NCBI GenBank assembly: GCA_951406725.2
Contig: OX597816.1
Coordinates: forward strand, 47,306,001 to 47,370,000
Source of the DNA: Octopus vulgaris
Taxonomy: Eukaryota
DNA length: 64,000 nucleotides
Direction of reading: 5' to 3'
Part shown: positions 54,692-64,000 of the stretch, piece after piece
Position numbering within the stretch: the stretch's first letter is position 1
How the letters are laid out: every line of letters starts with the position of its first letter
The notes under the pieces: generated by a model
Databases searched by the model: none
What the model was told of the DNA's origin: nothing
The model's input: the letters and a program-made list of their open reading frames with translations, nothing else
Position numbers and translations under genes: made by a program

Positions 54692-54985
54692 TACAGGACA
54701 CCACAAATAAACATAGAACACAACGAGAAACGGAAACATAAAAACAAACTAGGAAATGGACTTTTTTTAACAACAAAAAAACAGAGTACAAGACAAACAA
54801 TACAAGGAATATTCCCCTCCATCAGCTGTCCATGGTTCGACTCAATGTGTGTTTTGAAGGTAAGGACAGAATACGATCCGGCTGAAGCAGTCCTTCCTTC
54901 AAAAGAATTAAATAAAATTCTTTTGCAGAGGGGTAAAACAAGGAAAGAAAAAAATGTGACAAGAACGGGACGTAGAAGCAATACG
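54685..54985 (-). mobile_element. Interspersed repeat shared with 23612-23772, hammerhead-like junction
   Basis: Stem gaaggaaggac/gtccttaccttc followed by AAAA-cacaca-TT. Confidence 0.55.
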
Positions 54986-55457
54986 TAAAAGCAAGTTTCT
55001 CACTTAAACTATATAATAGGAAGAATTATCGGATTAAGGCAGTAGGGTGTTTTGAAGGAGATTTGGTTGCTATTTTTAGCAGGTCTAGCTACCATGTAGA
55101 GGTCTGCCTCATTGATATTATATATTCCTTATGCTTTCCAAAACCAAGTTACAGATTTTGACGTATGGGGTGTCAAAAGATTCAGTACTATTTTGGCTAC
55201 AAATTAAACTTTCATTCACACATTTGCATTTCAAAAGTTTAACATAATCTTTTCCATAAATCAACTATCGTAAAAATTTTATACTATTATGTCACATTTT
55301 CTATATGTGTGTGTATGTTAAAAGATGTCAGTCATCATGACACACACTTTCACTCACTCACTCCATCTCTCTTTCTTACCTGCTTTCTCTCTCACATATA
55401 CACATGCAAGCATGCATGCACGCGCACACCCACACACTCAGGCACACACATACGCAT

Positions 55458-55494
<37 letters not shown>

Positions 55495-55730
55495 CATTTC
55501 ATATAGACTTACATACATCTTTCAGTTTCTTTCTCTGTTCTTTTTGCTTATCTTCTTTCAATTTCTGCTCTCTTGAAATAAAATTTTTATGGATACAACT
55601 GCTTACAAAAATAGGGATTAATGTATAATTTCTTTCTATGTTCATAATTTGTTGTTTACAACATTGGCGGGATTAATGTATAATTTCTTTCTATGTTCAT
55701 AATTTTTTTGTTTACAATATTGGGAAAAAT

Positions 55731-56400
55731 ATGCCACCAAAGAAAAGACGATATCTCTCCAGAAACAAGTATAAAGCAAGGAGGATTGTAGAAAACCGAA
55801 AGTGAGAGTCTGAAGAGAGAAGCTAGATGAGATTTTCTCAACAGCAGCAAATGCATGTTGTAGCACTTAATGCTGGATCATTAAATCAATGTTTTAATGA
55901 TTAGACAGAGGTCCAATAGAATAGCTCTCAGAAACAGACTACGTACAAATTCGTTCTTCACAAATCCTGAAGCTGTTTTCTGATATGATTCATCCCATTC
56001 TTATAAAAATAATAACTCTGTCCAAATTGGTGTGCTAAACACAAATAGTCTTTTCTGTAGAGCTTTAAAATTTTCAAATGAAACAAATGGTATGTGCTGC
56101 TCAGGTGGTCAGGTAACATTGCCAGTACTACTAGCTCCTTCTCAACCTCTTATGGATCTTCTAGAAGGCATTTCCATCCAGTCAAAGGATTTTCTGAACT
56201 ATATCAGACAATACAACTCTGCAAATGACATTGTTTGGTGCATCTAAGAAGATAGATAAACATGAATTTATGATGACATCAAAGATTAAGGGCAAGTCTA
56301 TCACTGCATTGGTTCCCTGTTACCCACAAATGAACAATCACAGTTCCTCCAAATTTACTTTATGAGTGATGTAGAACACCAAACCCGAAGTGGGTGTCAA
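55731..56400 (+). mobile_element. Helitron Rep/Hel ORF relic (N-terminal region)
   Basis: MPPKKR start; FCRALKFSNETNGMCCSGGQVTLP..FLNYIRQYNS, QMTLFG, VYHCIGSLLP, QFLQIYF with stops and frameshifts. Confidence 0.88.
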
Positions 56401-56650
56401 CATTTCAGATGATGGGTTGTGTTAGACACAGTGCTGACTGCTGCAAAAGAGAGTATATCCACTGACAGCTTCTCGGTGTGTTCAAAAATCATATAACTCG
56501 CCATCCAGGTTAGGGACTGAAATACTCCAAACAGATGCATAACATGTTGCTTAGTTGAATTAGCCCATCATTTACTCCACAAATGTTTTGTTGTCAATGC
56601 TGCACTTTCCCATATTACCTGTTTCAATATAACTGTAATAAATTATCAAA

Positions 56651-57403
56651 TAAGAAGCATTGGATGTGGCATGCAAGAGAGACATCTGCACTGGTATGGT
56701 CATGTACTACGGATGGATGAGGGGAGATGTGTGAAGAAGTGCCACTCCCAAACAGTTGAAGGAATCTGGGGTAGAGGTAGACCCAGGAAGACATGGGATG
56801 AAGTGGTCAAGCATGACCTTCGAACGTTGGGTCTCACAGAGGCAATGACGAAAGACCAAGACCTCTGGAGATATGCTGTGACTGTGAAAACCTGACAAAT
56901 AACGTGAGTTCATGGCTGTTTCCTGCACCAGCTTCACATGAAGCTCCAGCCCATCCAAAGTACCCTGGATCGCAGGACAGCCTGCTGTGCTTACCTTGGA
57001 TTATAGGGCGACCTGCTGTGCTTGAGGAGACCTATTGAGTCAAGTACATCAACATCAAAAAACCAAATGGAAATTGTAGTTGCGATACCTGTGCCAGTGG
57101 CATGTAAAAAGCACCATCCGAACGTGGCTGATGCCAGCGCCACCTTGACTCGCTTCCATGTCAGTGGTATGTAAAAAGCACCAACTGATCGTGGCTATGG
57201 CCATCCTCCTCTGGTACCTGTGCCGGTGGCTCGTAAAAAGCACCCACTACACTCATGGAGTGGTTGGTGTTAGGAAGAGCATCCAGCTGTAGAAACACTG
57301 CAAGATCAGACTGGAGCCTGGTGAGGCCTCCTGGCTTCCCAGAGCCTGGTCGAACCATCCAACCCATGCTAGCATGGAAAACGGACATTAAACGATGATG
57401 ATG
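56651..57403 (+). mobile_element. 5'-truncated RTE-clade LINE
   Basis: QERHLHWYGHVLRM..GRGRPRKTWDEVVKHDL..LWRYAV*, 3' UTR, (GAT)n tail. Confidence 0.9.
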
Positions 57404-57438
57404 AAACTATGCCCTTTATCTATCTATCTATCTAACTA

Positions 57439-57476
<38 letters not shown>

Positions 57477-57491
57477 AATATATACTTTATT

Positions 57492-57643
57492 AATAAAGCT
57501 GCAAAAACATCACAAAAACTGTTACTCAGAGTTTCCCATTCCTGTTTGTCGGACAGTTTTGTTTGAGAAAACCAAACCTATCTGACAAACAGGAACATGA
57601 AACTCTGAGTAACAATCTTTTTGATGTCTTTTGCAGCTTTATT
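57492..57643. mobile_element. Fold-back element with paired decayed hammerhead motifs
   Basis: About 70-bp arms; ctgt-CYGACAA-acaggaa..-GAAA-ctctgag-TA-aca at 57519-57556 (-) and 57578-57615 (+). Confidence 0.75.
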
Positions 57644-58044
57644 TATAAAGCATATTACTCTACCTGCGGTATTCAAGTACTATATTTGTCCACCTTGTGC
57701 TTACTCTGGTATATAAATATATATATGTATATATCTATGTGTGCGTGTGTTTGTATCCATGTTTTTACACCCGCCCCATCACTTGACAGCCAATTCTGGT
57801 GTGTTTAGATCCTTGTAATTTAGCAGATCAGCTAAGACCGATAGAATAAGTAATAGGTTTCAAAAACAAAATATAAAAAAAATAATAAGTACTGGACTTG
57901 ATACATTCTTCAAAGTGGTGTCCCAGCATGGCCTCATGGCCCCAATCTAATGACAGAAACAAATGAAAGATAAAAGAAGAAAGATATCCCTCTCTCTCTT
58001 TCGGAGAGGCACTGAGCAGCTATACACACACATACACACACGGC

Positions 58045-58185
58045 AGTAACTTCCACCTACCGAATTCAATCACAAAGCTCCGGTCGGCTCGGGGCTATAG
58101 TGGAAGACACCTACCCAAAGTGCCACGCAGTGGGACTGAACTCGAAACCATGTAGCTAGAAGCAAGCTCCCTAACCACACAGCCA
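58045..58185 (-). mobile_element. SINE group A, 5' part
   Basis: Head motif. Confidence 0.8.
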
Positions 58186-58361
58186 TATATATTTATATAT
58201 TTATATATATATATATATATACATGTGTGTGTGCATGTGTGTGTGAGTGTGTGAGCATGTGTGTGTATATGTATAAATAGATATATGTCTATGTGTATGT
58301 ATATATATATATATACATGCACATACTCACTCATGTACTCTAATACATTTAGTAATGCTGC

Positions 58362-58396
<35 letters not shown>

Positions 58397-58450
58397 TGTA
58401 TGTATGTATGTATGTATGTATGTATGTATGTATGTATGTATGTATGTATG

Positions 58451-58559
<109 letters not shown>

Positions 58560-59396
58560 TCATCATCATATATATATATATATGCACACAGTCAAATGAA
58601 ATGACATTGTGTGCAAATGTGTATAATATTTATTAAACCTACAATTTTGCATTTCATTTTATTCCCTGTTAGAATTTGTTCAATAATTTGGCAGTCTATT
58701 TCATAATAAATTGTTGGTTGAAGGAAATGTTTGCAGTGCTAGAGAGTTCTGCTAACATTAAAAGCTCAACTCAGAAATGAAAATATCTATTTCTTCACTT
58801 AGGTTAATGGAAAGAATTAAAATAATATACCTTTTCTTGGAGAAAATAATAACTGAAGCACAGCATAAGGTCAGGAGTTAGATAGGAAAACTTTGCAATG
58901 AGAGAAAATCATATAGTTGCTAGCTTTGCTGAATGTGTTAGAGTGTGTGTGTGTGTCTATGTATGGGTGTGTGTGTGCATGGGTGTGTGTGTGTGTGTTT
59001 GCAAATATATACATTTATAGAGTTATATATGTGTGTATGTATATTACATGTACTCATATGAATATGGCAGCACACATGCATGCACACACATGCATGCACA
59101 CACATGCATGCACACACATGCATACACACACACACAGACAGACAGACACACACACACACTATTATGCTTACATATATCATAACCATCATCATCATCATCA
59201 TTTTGCATGAGTATTCCATGCTGCTGTTGATACACATACACACACACACACACACATACACACACACACATACACACACACACACACACACATATATACG
59301 TATATATACCAATATAAAGACACATACATAAATATGTGTCTATATATGTGTGTGTATATATATATATATTCATATTCATACATAAATGTGTGTATG

Positions 59397-59427
<31 letters not shown>

Positions 59428-59500
59428 TTGTATAAATCATATAGTATATGTATACACATATATATATATATATGTATATATATTTGTATATATCATATAG

Positions 59501-59549
<49 letters not shown>

Positions 59550-59610
59550 TTGTATATATATACATATAGTATATGTATTTGTATATATATACATATAGTA
59601 TATGTATTTG

Positions 59611-59641
<31 letters not shown>

Positions 59642-60357
59642 GCATATGCATATATATATATATATATTATGTATACATATGTATATATATTATATATATA
59701 TTATATATATATATTATATATATATATTATATATATATATACACACACACACATACATACACATATATAAATATATACACACACATATATACATCTATAT
59801 GTACATACACATATGCATACACACACACTAACACATACACATGTACTAACATAAAACGAACATGAACATGTATTTATTAGGTTACATGGTGTACAGATGG
59901 CATGTAATAAATGTGGCATGCTTAATATTGGAAATGCCATGTTCACAAACTGAACACCTGAATTAAGGAAGACACTCATGCAAATATTACTTCTGTGCAA
60001 AAAAAATAGTAAGAAGACATAAGCAGCATATCTCAGTTATCATCAAAACACCACGAATTATGTATGTATATATATATATATATATATAGTTATGTGCTAA
60101 TCAGTGGTTTTACACACTCATACACACACACATGCAGACATGCACATATATATATATATATATATTTGTATGTATGAATGTATGAATTTGTGCATATATT
60201 AATATGTGTGTGTGAGTGTGAGTATATATACAAATTATGTAACAGGAGAAAAGTATATTTATTCAAAATTTCATCGCTCTGCAATTGTTTCAGCAGCAGT
60301 AGTAACAGCTGCATCCATCAATACATGCCTACACACACACACTTGTAAACATATGAA

Positions 60358-60458
<101 letters not shown>

Positions 60459-60720
60459 CTACCTATATATATATATATATATATTTATATATGCATATGT
60501 ATATATATATATACTTGTGATATTTTGTTGTTTTCCCTCCATCTGAATTATTTTTGAGTAAGCACTTTCAGGGAGATTCTTCTTAAAGTTGTAGAAATGG
60601 CTAAATAAAAATTTTTTTTGGCTGCTATTTCTAAAAATTTCAGTATGTGGCAAAGTAAATTATTTTACTGAGACCTTAGTTATATAAACTAATATATATA
60701 TATATATATATATCTATATA

Positions 60721-60813
<93 letters not shown>

Positions 60814-61019
60814 AAATAGATGTGTGTATTTTTCCCTTGTTAATAATTAACACGGAAAAACTATATAAATAGTTACCAGGGTAGCAAAAAATCACACAAG
60901 TAAAAAGGGTGTAACACCTTGTTTTTAAAGGTAGAAACTCCAGTTTTACTTGAAATATTTTGTATGATATATATAAATAGATAAATGGAGTTAAACGCAG
61001 GTGTTATTCAAATTCTTTT

Positions 61020-61108
61020 ACTTCCGACACATGTTTCGAAGATATCACTAGTATTATTTCAAAGGAATAAAATGGTGTAAAACAATGTAATCTTCTCTTC
61101 AGGGAAAT
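61020..61108 (-). ncRNA. Type I hammerhead ribozyme, canonical core
   Basis: atttcc-CTGAAGA-gaagat..atcttc-GAAA-catgtg-TC-ggaagt; all three stems pair; GUC triplet. Confidence 0.88.
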
Positions 61109-61358
61109 GAAGAAATATAACTCGTCAATAAGACATTTTAACAGAATATGATGGATATGTATAGTGATTAACTGAATGCTATTAAGCTTTTTCAAAATAA
61201 CGTTATAGGATATAATGTCAAAGGTAGCCTATAGAAAGAGGGGGGATATATATTTATATAGTTATGTGCTCATCAATGGTTTTACACCCCTTCCATACAT
61301 GCATACATGCACATATATATATTTGTATGTATGAATGTATGAATCTGTGCATATATTA

Positions 61359-61395
<37 letters not shown>

Positions 61396-61515
61396 TATAC
61401 CTTTGATGTTATATCCATAACGTTTTTTTGAAACAATCTTAATAGCGTTCAGTTAATCACTATACATATCCATCATTTTCTGTTAAAATGTCCTTCTGAT
61501 GAGTTTCATTTCTTC

Positions 61516-61604
61516 ATTTCCCTGAAGAGAAGATTGTATTGTTTTACACCATTTTATTCCTTTGGAATAATACCAGTGATATCTTTGAAACATGTGTTGG
61601 AAGT
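61516..61604 (+). ncRNA. Type I hammerhead ribozyme, partner copy
   Basis: atttcc-CTGAAGA-gaagat..atcttt-GAAA-catgtg-TT-ggaagt; two C-to-T changes at CpG sites. Confidence 0.8.
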
Positions 61605-61637
61605 TAAAGAATTTGGATAACACTCACATTTAACTCC

Positions 61638-61701
<64 letters not shown>

Positions 61702-61904
61702 ATATATATAAATTCTCACTACATATATACCTGTATGTATATATATATATATATAGATATATGCATGCACATGTATATATATATATATATATATATAAAC
61801 ATATAAACATATAAACATATATATGTATGTGTACATAAGTCTAAGATAATTTATGTATATTTATTAATTTATCTAATTAATTATTTCATTATTGTTGTTA
61901 TCTT

Positions 61905-62008
61905 TAACCTGAAGAGTGGCTATATTTATATTGAAGTGATTTTACTACTACTACTATTATTATTACTATTATCATTTCTTAAACATAGCCATGAAACAAG
62001 TGTCATTA
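61905..62008 (+). ncRNA. Type I hammerhead ribozyme of a different family
   Basis: taac-CTGAAGA-gtggctat..atagccat-GAAA-caagtg-TC-atta. Confidence 0.75.
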
Positions 62009-62182
62009 TTCTACCAAATATATAAGTTTTATTTATTATTTTGCACATTACTTAATCATTGTTTTATGGTTTATCTTATATTTAATCTTTCTATAATATG
62101 TAATTTTTCTAAATGGTATAATTTAATTTTTCATTATTGAATTGATAAAAGGTGATTTTTTTGTAATTTATATATACATACC

Positions 62183-62219
<37 letters not shown>

Positions 62220-62221
<2 letters not shown>

Positions 62222-63527
62222 TCATCATCATCATCATCATCATCGTTTAACGTCTGCTTTCCATGCTAGCATGGGTTGGACGGTTCAACTGGGTCTGGGA
62301 AGCCAGGAGGCTGCGCCAGGCCCAGTCTGATCTGGCAGTGTTTCTACTGCTGGATGTCCTTCCTAACGCCAACCACTCCGAGAGTGTAGTGGGTGCTTTT
62401 TATGTGTCACCTGCACAGGTGCCAGACGAGGCTGGCAAACGGCCATGATCGGATGGTGCCTTTTACGTGCCACCTGCACAGGTGCCAGACGAGGCTGGCA
62501 AACGGCCACGATCGGATGGTGCTTTTTAAATGCCACCAGCACAGAGGCCAGTCGGGGCAGCGCTGGCAAAGGCCATGTTCGGACGGTTCTCTTACATGTC
62601 ACCAGCACTGGTATCTCAGCTACAATTTCCATTGATGTTGAAAGATTTCGATTTCGATTTTGATTTTCACTTGCCTCAACAGGTCTTCACAAGTAGGGTT
62701 TGTGTCACAAGAAGGAACGGTATGCATAAGTGGGCTGGCTACATCCCAGGTAGAGGTTACGGGTTATGGTCTCACTTGTCCTGCTGGGTCTTCCCACGCA
62801 CAGCATACTTCCAGAGGTCTCGGTCTCCGGTCATTTCCTCAGTGAGACCTAAAGTTCGAAGGTCGTTCTTCACCACCTCGTCCCAGGTTTTCCTGGGTCT
62901 ACCTCTTCCCACAGGTTCCCTCAACCGCCAGGGTGTGGCACTTTTTCACACAACTATCTTAATCCATTCTCGCTACATGACCATACCAGCGCAAATGTCT
63001 CTCTTGCACACCAGAACTGATGCTTCTTAGGTCCAACTTTTCTCTCAAAGAACTTACACTCTGTCGAGTATGAACACTGACATTACACATCCATCAGAGC
63101 ATACTGGCTTCATTTCTTGCAAGGTTACGCATATCCTCAGCAGTCATGGCCCATGTTTCACTGCCTGTAGCATGGCTGTTCGTACACATGCGTCAAACAG
63201 TCTGCCTTTTGTTCTGAGCGAGAGGCCTTTTGTCACCAGCAGAAGTAAGAGCTCTCTGAACTTTGCCCAAGCTATTCTTACTCTAGCAGTTACACTTTCA
63301 GCACACCTGCCCCCGCTACTGACTTGGTCACCTAGGTAACGGAAGCTATCAACTACTTCTAGTTTTTCTCCCTGGAATGTGGCGGAAGTTGGTCTCTGAG
63401 CATTTTCAGTGTTTATTGCTCCTGAGCATCTGCCACATATAAAAACTATCTTCCCAGTTAGCCTTCCTTTGACATTGCTGCACCTCTTATGTGTCCATAG
63501 CTTACACTTGGTGCATCTTATAGAGTT
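62220..63527 (-). mobile_element. 5'-truncated RTE-clade LINE, pseudogenised
   Basis: LEVVDSFRYLG..AWAKFREL..GSETW..WYGHV..GRPRKTW with a frameshift near 63166 and in-frame stops; 3' UTR and (GAT)n tail. Confidence 0.92.
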
Positions 63528-63566
63528 ATAGAGTTATATATATATATATATATATACATATATACA

Positions 63567-63700
63567 TATATTCATACAAGGTTGATTGCTATGGCCAGTC
63601 AGAACATGACCATTGGTTTCACACTTATAAAGTGCTTTGTAGATACAAAATCAATGGTCACTCTCTGACTGGCCCTAGCAACCAACCTTGTATAAATATA
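63567..63700. mobile_element. Short fold-back element with hammerhead 3' halves
   Basis: About 54-bp arms; minus strand reads gcactt(tat)aagtgt-GAAA-ccaatgg-TC. Confidence 0.6.
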
Positions 63701-63722
63701 TAACTGCACTAATGTTTTATAG

Positions 63723-63995
63723 CAGTGACTCCCAAAGTTGGTCTTACTGCCCCCTCTGGGGGTGGTTGAAGAAAAGTAGAGACGATAATGGGTGGCCAAA
63801 AGGGGGCAATGTGTGTAAAGACAACAAAATAATGGGTTGATTAAGTTAAGTTTTATTTGTGAAATACAGCTGTTTTGAATTTGACATGGAAATGGTCTAT
63901 ATTTATGGTGGTAAGTGGGCGGGGTGGGGGATTGCACTAGGAATGTGGGCTGGGTACCAAAGGCATAGCAGCTCAAAGTAGTTTGGGATCCATAT
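63723..63995. mobile_element. Possible hAT-type MITE
   Basis: cagtgactcccaaa ... tttgggatcca termini. Confidence 0.35.
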
Positions 63996-64000
63996 TTCCA

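Larger units (their letters stand above)
60981..61643. mobile_element. Fold-back element with 246-bp arms, each carrying a hammerhead ribozyme
   Basis: Arms 60981-61226 and 61398-61643 are reverse complements; flanked by TA-rich tracts. Confidence 0.9.

Noticed and set aside
60897-60952. Three-way junction caagtaa..GAAA-ctccag-TT-ttacttg
   Set aside because: Stems and GAAA fit a hammerhead but there is no NUGANNA box, so it is not supportable.
62530-63339. Plus-strand ORFs of 166 and 89 aa
   Set aside because: They are antisense shadows of the minus-strand RTE LINE.

Overview
AT-rich, repeat-saturated eukaryotic DNA with no recognisable intact protein-coding gene. The SINE families and extreme microsatellite load are most consistent with an octopus (coleoid cephalopod) intron or intergenic region; this assignment is inferred from repeat content. 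Almost all supplied ORFs are microsatellite translations or transposon debris. Recognisable relics are mariner transposase fragments, a Penelope-like RT + GIY-YIG element, a Helitron Rep fragment, RTE/CR1/REL-type LINE ends, three abundant SINE groups and several MITEs. The most striking signal is a set of minimal type I hammerhead ribozyme (HHR) motifs, read by eye, from several sequence-unrelated families. One copy looks fully canonical (61020-61108, minus). Most sit as head-to-head pairs in the arms of fold-back elements beside (TA)n tracts. The catalytic 3-8 pair covaries between families (C-G, G-C, U-A). All alignments and folds were done manually, so boundaries of old repeats are approximate.
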